The notes: generated by a model from the sequence alone, not told the origin. A DNA stretch of 64,000 bases from Pyrinomonadaceae bacterium (GCA_041742785.1 JBGTOA010000032.1:6145-70144); one strand, 5' to 3'. Shown: positions 8,327-16,975, counted from the stretch's first letter. Translations and numbers: made by a program.

Positions 8327-9846
8327 ATGCCACGCGCTGTTGGCTACTGTCGGGTTTCGTCGCCGGAACAAACAAAGAACTTGAGTTTGCCCACTCAAGA
8401 GAAGGGTTGTCGTGAGTATTGCTTCAGAGAAGGTTATGAGATTGCTGGCATCTTTATTGAAGAGGGCGAATCAGCGAAGACTGCTAGTCGAACCAAACTC
8501 AAAGAGCTAATCACTTTCTGTAGCGAAAAGAAAAATCGCGTCGATGTTCTAGTTGTGAATTCCGTCAGTCGGTTCTCTAGAGATCGATATGCGCACGTCA
8601 CTGTTCGGACGCTCCTTAGCAAGCGCGGCATTACCTTGCGCTCTGCAACAGAACCTGTTGACGATTCCCCGGCAGGAAAGTTAGTTGAAGGCATTCTTTC
8701 GACCATCGCGCAGTTTGAGAATGACGAGAAAGCCGAACGGACTAAGCGAGGTATGAAGGCCGCGCTCGAGCGAGGTACTTGGCCCTTCCCGACAACTCTC
8801 GGTTCTACGAAAATTCCACAAGCTGACGGGCGCTCTAAGATCATTCAAGATCCCCAAGTTGCTCCGCTCCTAAAGCAGGCTTTTGAAATGTTTGCTACAG
8901 GACGTTATGACAGGGTTGAAATACTTCGGATCGTTTCGGCAGAAGGACTTCTGACTAAGAAGGGAAAGAGGTTAAGCCCGCAGAGTTTTTGCGGTCTGTT
9001 AAAAAATCCCTTCTATGCTGGAAAGTTGTTAGTCAAAGGTTGGGAAGTCGATGCCAAAGGCGCTTTTGAGCCAATCGTAACTGAGGAAACTTTCAGCGCT
9101 GTCCAAGCGATACTGTCGGGCAGAAGGCCGACAACGATCAAACGTCGTCGCAGTCACCCAGACTTCCCACTCAGACATTTTTTAAGTGCGGCGCGTGTGA
9201 ACGTCCACTAACATGTAGCTACTCTACAGGGCGCAATGACAAGTATGGTTACTACCATTGCGCTAATGGCTCGTGTCGCAGTCGAAGCATTCCGAGGCAA
9301 AAGCTTGAAAGCGAGTTTCTGAAGTTGATCGAACAGCTTCAACCGAAAGCAGAATACTTGATCCTTTTCGGAGAGATCGTTTTGGATGTTTGGAAGGAAA
9401 GACAAAAAGAAACGATCAAATTGGTGTCAATGTTAGAGTCTCGAGTGGCTGAATTGAAAGCCAGGCGTCAGAAGCTGATCGAAGCTTTCGTGTATCAGCA
9501 TTCAATCGAAAAATCTGTCTACCAGGAGCAACTTGAATTACTCGAGAATGAGATAGCTTTAATCGAGCTTGACGCTTACGACGCGAAGCTAGAAGAGCTG
9601 AACGTTGAAGCGGCGCTGAACTACGCGACAGAGGCTCTTCGCAATGCGGGAAGGTTTTGGATTCAATGTTCTGCGCACCAAGAGCAGAACTTTCAGCGAG
9701 TGTTATTTCCCGAAGGCTTGGTCTTCGAACGCGAGAGTTATCGAACCGCTCCAACCTGTATTGCTTTCAGTTACTTGCAGGGAATCTCAGAGGGAAAATC
9801 AAGTTTGGCGTCCCGTACGGGAGTCGAACCCGTGTCGCCGCCGTGA
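8327..9846 (+). pseudogene. large serine recombinase split over two frames at a T6 run (9178-9183)
   Basis: Frame A (8327-9211) encodes AVGYCRVSSPEQ...VLVVNSVSRFSRD (resolvase catalytic domain) plus the recombinase domain. Frame A-1, from 9181, continues FKCGACERPLTCSYSTGRNDKYGYYHCANGSC (zinc ribbon) plus a coiled coil, ending at 9846. The joined product is ~506 aa. Confidence 0.85.
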
Positions 9847-9949
9847 AAGAGAAGCAACCTATGGTAATTCAACGGAACTTAGCGGCATGGATAGCACTTT
9901 ACCGCACTTGAAGGACTCACGGGTACGCTTATTGGACCTTTTATGGACC
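9806..9949 (-). repeat. tRNA-Glu 3'-half copy (core 9806-9850) plus ~100-nt flank shared with 31986-32125
   Basis: 9806-9850 is identical to 36680-36724 of the intact tRNA-Glu (acceptor 3' strand, T arm, anticodon stem 3' strand and anticodon). The following ~100 nt align with copy 2 with few mismatches. Confidence 0.85.
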
Positions 9950-10257
9950 GCGTTAGGATCTTGCGGGTCTGCATTAATAAGAAGAGTGCTCCGAGATGCG
10001 GCACAGCCATCCGGTCCGCTATCAGCAATGCCGAGTCTGCGCGGCAGCTTTGCATCAGACTCCAGACCGGTACACGTTTTCAGGTTGGCTCAATTGCTTG
10101 ACGGCCTTTGACTCTCCAGCCTAATGTTACTGACGAACTATAACCAAACCACGGCACGCGGGATTACGGTTCTTCCCATTGAGGTTCAAACCAGTGATGT
10201 GTTAACGCAGAATGGTTTCACTGTTGCGAAACTCGTTTTCCTCACCGCACGTAGAAA

Positions 10258-11304
10258 ATGACAGACAGACTCGAAACAGTTGAGCCGGGCGCGGGCTCAC
10301 CGCCACAATCGATAAAGGAAATAGACGTGCTGTGGATCACGGCTGGCCTGGGTTGTGATGGAGATACCATCGCCATGACTGCGGCCACGCAACCCACGCT
10401 GGAAGAAGTTCTTCTGGGCGGCATCCCGGGCATTCCCAAAGTGCGTTTGCATAACCCTTTCCTCTCGTATGAAAACGGCGAGGAGTTTATGGAGTTTTTT
10501 TATCGCGCCGCCCAAGGAAAGATTGAACCCTACATTCTAGTTATCGAAGGATCGATACCTAACGAAAATAACAAAGCGGAAGGTTACTGGGCGGCCTTTG
10601 GCAGCAATAGAGAAACAGGCCAACCGATTACGACGAACGAGTGGATTGATCGGCTGGTGCCGAAAGCGTGGGCTGTGGTTGCCGCGGGAACGTGCGCCAC
10701 TTACGGCGGCATTCATGCAATGGAGGGAAACCCAACCGGCTGCATGGGTCTCGCGGACTATCTCGGTTGGAATTGGAAATCAAAGGCGGGCATACCAATC
10801 GTCTGTGTGCCCGGGTGTCCGGTTCTTCCGGACAACTTCATGGAGACGCTGTTATATCTGCTTTACCAATCAGCCGGGCGTGCGCCGATGATTCCGCTTG
10901 ACGAACAACTGCGGCCGACCTGGCTTTTTGGGCAAACGGTACACGAAGGTTGTGATCGAGGCGGCTACTACGAGCAGGCTGAGTTTGCCGAAGAATATGG
11001 CGCTCGTACTTGCATAGTTAAGCTCGGTTGTTGGGGGCCGGTGGTCCAGTGCAACGTCGGCAAGCGCGGCTGGATTAACGGCATGGGCGGCTGTCCGAAC
11101 GTTGGTGGTATTTGCATCGGTTGCACCATGCCGGGTTTCCCAGACAAGTTTATGCCGTTCATGAATCAACCGCCGGGCTCACTCTTGTCTTCGCATGCGG
11201 TGATGACTTACGGCAAAGCGATTCATGCGCTGAGAAAGTTTACCCAAGCATCACTCAACAAAGAGCCGGCCTGGCGTCGCCGCCAGGGCAATGCCAGATC
11301 GTAG
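10258..11304 (+). CDS. orphan [NiFe]-hydrogenase small-subunit paralog (HhyS-like, no Tat signal, no cognate large subunit)
   Basis: 348 aa, colinear with the small subunit at 14038-15123. All Cys motifs are retained (LGCDGD, GTCATYGG, PTGCMG, VPGCPV, HEGCDRG, KLGCWGPVVQCNV, GGCPNVGGICIGCTMPGFP). A kinase gene follows after 21 nt. Confidence 0.9.
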   Translation: MTDRLETVEPGAGSPPQSIKEIDVLWITAGLGCDGDTIAMTAATQPTLEEVLLGGIPGIPKVRLHNPFLSYENGEEFMEFFYRAAQGKIEPYILVIEGSIPNENNKAEGYWAAFGSNRETGQPITTNEWIDRLVPKAWAVVAAGTCATYGGIHAMEGNPTGCMGLADYLGWNWKSKAGIPIVCVPGCPVLPDNFMETLLYLLYQSAGRAPMIPLDEQLRPTWLFGQTVHEGCDRGGYYEQAEFAEEYGARTCIVKLGCWGPVVQCNVGKRGWINGMGGCPNVGGICIGCTMPGFPDKFMPFMNQPPGSLLSSHAVMTYGKAIHALRKFTQASLNKEPAWRRRQGNARS

Positions 11305-11325
11305 TCAACCTTCAGGACGACGACG

Positions 11326-12981
11326 ATGGGAACGCACATCTTCAATCCGCGCGAGACTGAGATTGCCGCAGACGAAACCTTAGCGTTTCGCCAGGATGCG
11401 TCGGTAACTTGGATGGAAGCTGAAAACACGCTGATCGAACTCGCCGCTGCTTTCCCCGTAGTCAATTCCCTGTCAGAACAAGGCGCTCTATCGTTACTCG
11501 GGGGCGGTAAGTCTATCGGTGTGACCCTCGCCGATGTCGACGCTCGCTATCGCACGCTGGTAGAACAAATTCCCGCGGTGGTTTTTATGGCCTTCCTCGA
11601 CAAGGGCATCGGCGAAGCATATGTCAGCCCGCAGATTGAACAGATTCTTGGATTTTCACAAGAAGAATGGCTCAACGATCCGGTGCGTTGGTATCAACAA
11701 ATACATCCGGAAGACAAGGCTCGCTGGAGCGTCGAGGCAGCGGGTTTGTTTATGTCCGGCCAACCCTTGAAGTCTCTGTATCGAGTTCTCGCTCGCGATG
11801 GACATATCGTGTGGTTTCATTGTGAAGCGAAAATGGTTCGCAATGACGAGGGCCAGCCGTGGTTTATTCATGGCGTCGCTTTTGATATATCCGAACTCAA
11901 AAGGGCGGAAGAAGCTTTGGGCAAGAGCGAGCAGATGTTGCAAGGCCTCTTCGACTTTGCTCCCGACACCGTTGCCTTGGTAAACCACGACGGCCATATC
12001 GTTCGCATCAATGCACAAGTCGAACGGATGTTTGGATACAATAGCGCAGAACTCACCGGCCAACCGATCGAGATCTTGATACCGGATCGCTTTAGATCCG
12101 GACATTTGCAACATCGTGCCGGCTACGTAGCCGAGCCGCGCACGCGCCCGATGGGCGCGGGGCTGCAACTCTTTGGCAAACGCAAAGACGGCAGCGAATT
12201 CCCGGTCGATATAATGTTAAGCCCGATGGAAGCTGAAGAGGGTTCCATGGTTATCAGTGTTATTCGCGATATTACGCGGCGGATGCAGGCTGAAGAGGCG
12301 CAGCGAGAATATTCTGACCGGCTCAAGTTTCTCTCCCGTCGCTTAATGGAGGTCCAGGAAACGGAGCGTCGCAACATAGCACTCGAATTACATGACGAGA
12401 TAGGCCAGGTACTTACTGGACTGAAACTAAGTTTGGAAATTAGTGCGCGCCGGCCGACAGACGAAATACGAGTCAGTCTCGGTAAGGCTCGCATTCTTGT
12501 GAATGAGTTGATGGCGCGAGTCCGCAAATTGTCACTCGATTTGCGGCCGGCGATGCTCGATGACCTTGGTTTGTTGCCGGCACTCTTGTGGCACTTTGAA
12601 CATTACACTGCGCAGACGCTAGTACGTGTAAACTTCAAGCATATCGGACTCGAAAAAAGAAGGTTTGGTCAGGAGGTAGAAACCGCGGCCTATCGGATAG
12701 TGCAGGAAGCGTTGACGAACGTTGCTCGCCACGCAGGGGTGCAAGAAGCGACGGTATGCCTTTCGACGCAGCAGCACACTCTGGTAATACAGGTCGCCGA
12801 TGCTGGGACTGGATTCGATGTGGAGGCGGTCCTTAACGCCAGCGAATCCAGCGGGCTCGCGGGAATGCGCGAACGCGCCATTTTGTTGGGCGGAAAACTG
12901 AACATTGAATCGCATACCGATGCAGGCACGAGTCTGCTTGCGGAACTAAGCTTGGCGGATACTCCGGCAGCCACCTCGTAG
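11326..12981 (+). CDS. soluble sensor histidine kinase, PAS-PAS-HisKA_3-HATPase_c (NarX/DesK class)
   Basis: There are two PAS-like blocks (YRTLVEQIPAVVF...DISELKRAEEAL and LFDFAPDTVALVNHDGHIVRINAQ...IRDITRRMQAEEA). The H-box is LELHDEIGQVLTGL and the ATPase block is YRIVQEALTNVARHAG. No TM segment is present. Confidence 0.9.
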   Translation: MGTHIFNPRETEIAADETLAFRQDASVTWMEAENTLIELAAAFPVVNSLSEQGALSLLGGGKSIGVTLADVDARYRTLVEQIPAVVFMAFLDKGIGEAYVSPQIEQILGFSQEEWLNDPVRWYQQIHPEDKARWSVEAAGLFMSGQPLKSLYRVLARDGHIVWFHCEAKMVRNDEGQPWFIHGVAFDISELKRAEEALGKSEQMLQGLFDFAPDTVALVNHDGHIVRINAQVERMFGYNSAELTGQPIEILIPDRFRSGHLQHRAGYVAEPRTRPMGAGLQLFGKRKDGSEFPVDIMLSPMEAEEGSMVISVIRDITRRMQAEEAQREYSDRLKFLSRRLMEVQETERRNIALELHDEIGQVLTGLKLSLEISARRPTDEIRVSLGKARILVNELMARVRKLSLDLRPAMLDDLGLLPALLWHFEHYTAQTLVRVNFKHIGLEKRRFGQEVETAAYRIVQEALTNVARHAGVQEATVCLSTQQHTLVIQVADAGTGFDVEAVLNASESSGLAGMRERAILLGGKLNIESHTDAGTSLLAELSLADTPAATS

Positions 12982-13001
12982 GACAGACATTCTTGTCTGT
13001 C
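12982..13001. repeat. GACAGACA-N4-TGTCTGTC palindrome, copy 1
   Basis: The sequence gacagaca ttct tgtctgtc starts 1 nt after the kinase stop codon (12979-12981). Confidence 0.8.
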
Positions 13002-13025
13002 ATTGGATCTGCGGAATTAGTGAGG

Positions 13026-13047
13026 GGACAGACAAGAATGTCTATCC
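13026..13047. repeat. GGACAGAC-N6-GTCTATCC imperfect palindrome, copy 2, enclosing the regulator start codon
   Basis: In ggacagac aagaat gtctatcc, the ATG at 13038 lies in the loop/3' arm and the GAGGGG Shine-Dalgarno sequence abuts the 5' arm. Confidence 0.7.
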
Positions 13048-13739
13048 TACGCTTTGGAAAGGACGAGTCGTTAGTGTCAACGTCAGAACGAACCACAGTA
13101 GTGCTCGCCGATGATCATCAGGTTGTTCGTCAGGGACTAAAAGCACTGCTCGAGGCTGAATCTGATTTACGAGTCGTGGGCGAAGCGGGCGACGGCTTGC
13201 AAGCGATTAGGCGCGTCGAGCTAACCAGTCCGCGCGTGCTCGTGCTCGATCTAATGATGCCAGGGCTCAATGGTCTCGACGTTATCCCACAGGTTAAGAA
13301 GTGTTCACCACACACGCAGATCGTCGTCCTTTCAATGTACTCTAACGAGGCTTACGTCCTTGAGGCGCTCAGCAGCGGCGCTTCGGCATACGTGTTAAAG
13401 GATTCCAGCTCGGGCGATCTGTTGCACGCGGTCCGCGAAGCGGCGGCCGGCCGGCGCTATTTGAGTCCGCCGCTGTCTGATCGCGCCATCGAGGTTTACC
13501 AGCAAAGGGCCAAGGCCACCACGCTCGATCGCTACGAAACACTCACCGCCAGAGAAAAAGAAGTCCTGCACCTCGCCGCCGAAGGCCGCACCAGCGCGGA
13601 GATTGCTGTGAGACTGGGCATCAGCGGTCGTACCGCCGAGACTCACCGCTCAAACCTCATGCACAAACTCGATCTTCACACGCAGGCGGAGCTGATCCGC
13701 TTTGCGCTCAAGCGCGGCATCGTCTCCATAGACGACTGA
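13038..13739 (+). CDS. NarL/LuxR-family response regulator (REC + HTH)
   Basis: The REC domain reads VVLADDHQVVRQGLK...VLVLDLMMPGLNG. The LuxR HTH reads LTAREKEVLHLAAEGRTSAEIAVRLGISGRTAETHRSNLMHKL. The ATG at 13038 has a GAGGGG RBS; the longer ORF starts at 12993. Confidence 0.9.
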   Translation: MSILRFGKDESLVSTSERTTVVLADDHQVVRQGLKALLEAESDLRVVGEAGDGLQAIRRVELTSPRVLVLDLMMPGLNGLDVIPQVKKCSPHTQIVVLSMYSNEAYVLEALSSGASAYVLKDSSSGDLLHAVREAAAGRRYLSPPLSDRAIEVYQQRAKATTLDRYETLTAREKEVLHLAAEGRTSAEIAVRLGISGRTAETHRSNLMHKLDLHTQAELIRFALKRGIVSIDD

Positions 13740-13774
13740 TCGCGATTCCCACACCGCAAAATAAAAAACAAACA

Positions 13775-13806
13775 AAATACGTAGCCGCGCCAAATTAAAT
13801 ACGTAG
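13775..13806 (+). promoter_or_regulatory. direct repeat AAATACGTAG x2 (22-bp register) in the hhyS upstream region; candidate regulator binding site
   Basis: aaatacgtag occurs at 13775-13784 and again at 13797-13806, followed by a partial gtctacg. It lies ~235 nt upstream of the hhyS ATG and directly downstream of the NarL-type regulator gene. Confidence 0.3.
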
Positions 13807-13992
13807 GTCTACGAATAGACACTGGCGACTGGCGGGAGAATAATTCCGGCGCTCCCTAAAGAAGCGAACAATATTTCTCTGGCCAGTAGGCGGCGTCGGG
13901 TTAGAGCGAGGTAGGTTTCTATTTCGTTTTCGAATTTCGCATTAATCGGTTTTGAGTAGGGCGGACGTTTCTGTCTGCCTGCGGGTGCCAAC

Positions 13993-14012
13993 GATAGGCA
14001 GGAATGCCTGTC
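13993..14012. repeat. GATAGGCA-N4-TGCCTGTC palindrome, copy 3
   Basis: The sequence gataggca ggaa tgcctgtc lies ~10 nt upstream of the hhyS RBS (AAAGGAG). Confidence 0.7.
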
Positions 14013-14037
14013 CTACCTAAGAAAGGAGATTAAACCT

Positions 14038-15123
14038 ATGGCGGCAGAAGCTGCCCCGTATGGTCGCAGCACGCAGCGGCCACCGGCGGTCAAAGACGTT
14101 CACATAGTTTGGATCACTGCGGGATTGGGTTGCGACGGCGATTCGGTTTCGATTACCGCGGCGACGCAGCCTAGCGTGGAAGACGTGGTAATGGGAGCCA
14201 TACCCGGACTACCCAATGTTCATCTGCACAATCCCGTATTGGCTTATGAATGCGGCGACGACTTCATGAAGTATTTCTATCAGGCCGAACAGGGTTTGAT
14301 TGATCCTTTCGTTTTGGTTGTCGAAGGTTCCATCCCCAATGAAAATCTAAGTGGCGAGGGCTACTGGGCAGCGATGGGAACCGATGCAATTTCCGGCCAA
14401 CCCATCAAGACGACGGAATGGATCGACCGCCTGGCTCCCAAAGCTTTGGCGGTCGTCGCGATCGGAACTTGTGCAACTTACGGCGGCATCCATGCGATGG
14501 AAGGCAATCCAACCGGATGCATGGGCCTCGCCGACTATCTCGGATGGGACTTCAAGACGGGCGCCGGCATTCCGATTGTCAATGTGCCTGGCTGTCCGGT
14601 GCAGCCGGATAACTTCATGGAGACGGTGCTCTACCTGCTTTACGTCGCTGCCGGCTTAGCGCCGATGATTCCACTCGACGACGCTGGACGCCCGACCTGG
14701 CTATTCGGCAAGACAGTGCACGAGGGTTGCGACCGCGGGAGCTACTACGAGCAGGGCGATTTCGCTACCGAGTATGGCTCGCCGAAGTGCATCGTGAAGT
14801 TGGGCTGCTGGGGCCCGGTGGTCAACTGCAATGTGCCGAAGCGCGGTTGGATGGCCGGAATCGGAGGTTGCCCCAATGTCGGCGGTATCTGCATTGGGTG
14901 CACGATGCCCGGGTTCCCGGACAAGTTCATGCCGTTCATGGATGAACCGCCCGGCGCCAAGATTTCGGCCTCGGCAATTGGCATCTACGGCGCTGCTATT
15001 CGCAAGCTACGAAGTATGACTAACGCAACAGTCAACAAGGAACCGAAGTGGCGACACAACCGTCCTGAACTGACTACCGGTTATCACGCGCCCGCATTGC
15101 AAAGGAGTGAGCGTCATGAGTAG
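14038..15123 (+). CDS. hhyS: [NiFe]-hydrogenase small subunit, group 1h/5 type (no twin-arginine signal)
   Basis: 361 aa with the full set of FeS-ligand Cys motifs. The N-terminus MAAEAAPYGRSTQRPPAVKD lacks RRxFxK. It overlaps the large-subunit start. Confidence 0.93.
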   Translation: MAAEAAPYGRSTQRPPAVKDVHIVWITAGLGCDGDSVSITAATQPSVEDVVMGAIPGLPNVHLHNPVLAYECGDDFMKYFYQAEQGLIDPFVLVVEGSIPNENLSGEGYWAAMGTDAISGQPIKTTEWIDRLAPKALAVVAIGTCATYGGIHAMEGNPTGCMGLADYLGWDFKTGAGIPIVNVPGCPVQPDNFMETVLYLLYVAAGLAPMIPLDDAGRPTWLFGKTVHEGCDRGSYYEQGDFATEYGSPKCIVKLGCWGPVVNCNVPKRGWMAGIGGCPNVGGICIGCTMPGFPDKFMPFMDEPPGAKISASAIGIYGAAIRKLRSMTNATVNKEPKWRHNRPELTTGYHAPALQRSERHE

Positions 15124-16921
15124 CAGCACTACGACAGTTACTAAAACACCGACCAAGCCGCGAACTCTTGTGGACATGAACTGGGATCCAATCACGCGCA
15201 TCGTAGGCAGTCTCGGTATCTACACGAAGATCGATTTCGCGAATCGCGAGGTTGCCGAGTGTTACTCGACCTCTTCGATCTTTCGCGGCTACAGCATCTT
15301 CATGAAGGGCAAAGACCCGCGCGACGCCCACTTTATCACCAGCCGCATCTGCGGCATCTGCGGCGACAATCACGCCACCTGCGCCACCTACGCGCAGAAC
15401 ATGGCGTTTGGCGTGCGACCGCCGGCGATGGCGGAGTGGATCGTCAACCTCGGCGAAGCTGCCGAGTACATGTTTGACCACAATATCTTTCAGGACAACC
15501 TGGTCGGCGTGGACTTCTGCGAGCAGATGATCAGGGAAACGAATCCGAGCGTGTGGGAAAAGGCCAAGACTTACGCAGCCCCACACGCTGCCGATCACGG
15601 CTACAAAACCATTGCCGAGATCATGACGGCGTTGAATCCGTTCAGCGGCGCGTTTTATCGTGAGACGCTGCACGTCAGCCGCTACACGCGCGAAATGTTT
15701 TGTTTGATGGAAGGTCGCCACGTTCACCCCTCAACGCTTTATCCGGGTGGCGTCGGCACTGTCCCAACGATTCAACTCTTCACTGACTATCTGGTCAGGC
15801 TCATGCGCTACTGCGAGTTTATGAAGAAGGTTGTGCCGCTGCATGACGACCTGTTTGACTTCATGTATGAAGCGTTGCCGGGCTACGAGAAGGTTGGGCA
15901 GCGTCGCATCCTGCTCGGTTGCTGGGGCTCGTATCAGGATCCAGCGGTTTGCGATTACACCTACAAGAACATGAACGAGTGGGGCAATGCGATGTACGTC
16001 ACACCCGGTGTAGTTGTAGACGGGGAATTAGTGACAACCGATCTGGTTGACATCAACCTTGGCATTCGCATCCTGCTCGGCAGTTCCTATTACGACGATT
16101 GGGACAAGTCAGAGATGTTTGTGAAGCAAGATCCGCTTGGCAATCCCGTCGATCGTCAACATCCCTGGAATCAGACTACGATTCCGAGGCCGCAGAAACG
16201 CGACTTCGATAACAATTACACCTGGGTGATGTCACCGCGCTGGTATCACAAGGACGAACCGGGCGACAAGAAATACCTCGCGCTCGACACGGGCGGTGGG
16301 CCAATTGCGCGGTTCTGGGCGACCGCCCTCGCGGGCAAGGTCGACATCGGCTACGTCAAAGCCACCGGCCATAGCGTGAAGATCTATCTGCCGAAGACAG
16401 CAATGAAGCCCGAGGTTGAGTTTGAGTGGAAGATTCCGAAGTGGAGCAATGCGATCGAACGCGATCGCGCGCGCACTTACTTCCAGGCTTACTCAGCAGC
16501 GGCGGCGCTCTATTTCGCAGAGCAGGCGCTGGCGGAACTTCACGCCGGACGAACGAAGACGTGGAACGAGTTTAAGGTGCCTGACGAAGCAATCGGTTGC
16601 GGCTTCCACGAAGCGGTGCGCGGTGTGCTTTCGCATCACGTTGTAATTCGCGATGGCAAGATCGCAAACTATCATCCGTATCCGCCGACACCCTGGAATG
16701 CGAACCCGCGCGACGTCTATGGCACGCCTGGACCATACGAGGATGCCGTGCAGAACACGCCGATCTTTGAAGAGAATGGACCGGAAAACTTCAAAGGCAT
16801 CGACATCATGCGGGCCGTGCGCAGCTTCGATCCGTGTCTGCCTTGTGGCGTGCACATGTACCTGGGCAACGGCAAGGTTCTGGAAACACACCATTCGCCG
16901 ATGTTCGGGATGGTGAAGTAG
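15116..16921 (+). CDS. hhyL: [NiFe]-hydrogenase large subunit, group 1h/5 type
   Basis: The L1 motif is TSRICGICGDNHATCA and the L2 motif is RSFDPCLPCGVH, as I recall the published group 5/1h signatures. The ATG at 15116 is 9 nt after AAGGAG; an alternative GTG is at 15107. Confidence 0.93.
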   Translation: MSSSTTTVTKTPTKPRTLVDMNWDPITRIVGSLGIYTKIDFANREVAECYSTSSIFRGYSIFMKGKDPRDAHFITSRICGICGDNHATCATYAQNMAFGVRPPAMAEWIVNLGEAAEYMFDHNIFQDNLVGVDFCEQMIRETNPSVWEKAKTYAAPHAADHGYKTIAEIMTALNPFSGAFYRETLHVSRYTREMFCLMEGRHVHPSTLYPGGVGTVPTIQLFTDYLVRLMRYCEFMKKVVPLHDDLFDFMYEALPGYEKVGQRRILLGCWGSYQDPAVCDYTYKNMNEWGNAMYVTPGVVVDGELVTTDLVDINLGIRILLGSSYYDDWDKSEMFVKQDPLGNPVDRQHPWNQTTIPRPQKRDFDNNYTWVMSPRWYHKDEPGDKKYLALDTGGGPIARFWATALAGKVDIGYVKATGHSVKIYLPKTAMKPEVEFEWKIPKWSNAIERDRARTYFQAYSAAAALYFAEQALAELHAGRTKTWNEFKVPDEAIGCGFHEAVRGVLSHHVVIRDGKIANYHPYPPTPWNANPRDVYGTPGPYEDAVQNTPIFEENGPENFKGIDIMRAVRSFDPCLPCGVHMYLGNGKVLETHHSPMFGMVK

Positions 16922-16940
16922 CGACGGACGGCAGACCGAA

Positions 16941-16975
16941 GACCGGCGACCGGTAACATAGTTCGGTCGTCGGTC
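16941..16975 (+). promoter_or_regulatory. 12-bp intercistronic stem-loop between hhyL and the NifU-domain gene
   Basis: gaccggcgaccg, an 11-nt loop, then cggtcgtcggtc (one G-U pair). No U-tract follows. It sits in a 76-nt spacer. Confidence 0.5.

Noticed and set aside
9644-10111. 155-aa and 84-aa plus-strand ORFs crossing repeat copy 1
   Set aside because: They overlap the recombinase 3' end and the tRNA-derived repeat. They have no RBS or domain features and are probably non-coding.
13809-13991. 60-aa minus-strand ORF in the hhyS upstream region
   Set aside because: It has no RBS or recognisable features. It lies in a probable promoter or operator region and ends in a palindromic repeat.
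14038-14130. Twin-arginine signal peptide on the hydrogenase small subunits
   Set aside because: Neither N-terminus (14038 or 10258) contains an RRxFxK motif or a hydrophobic h-region. This absence fits group 1h/5 rather than the periplasmic group 1a-g enzymes.
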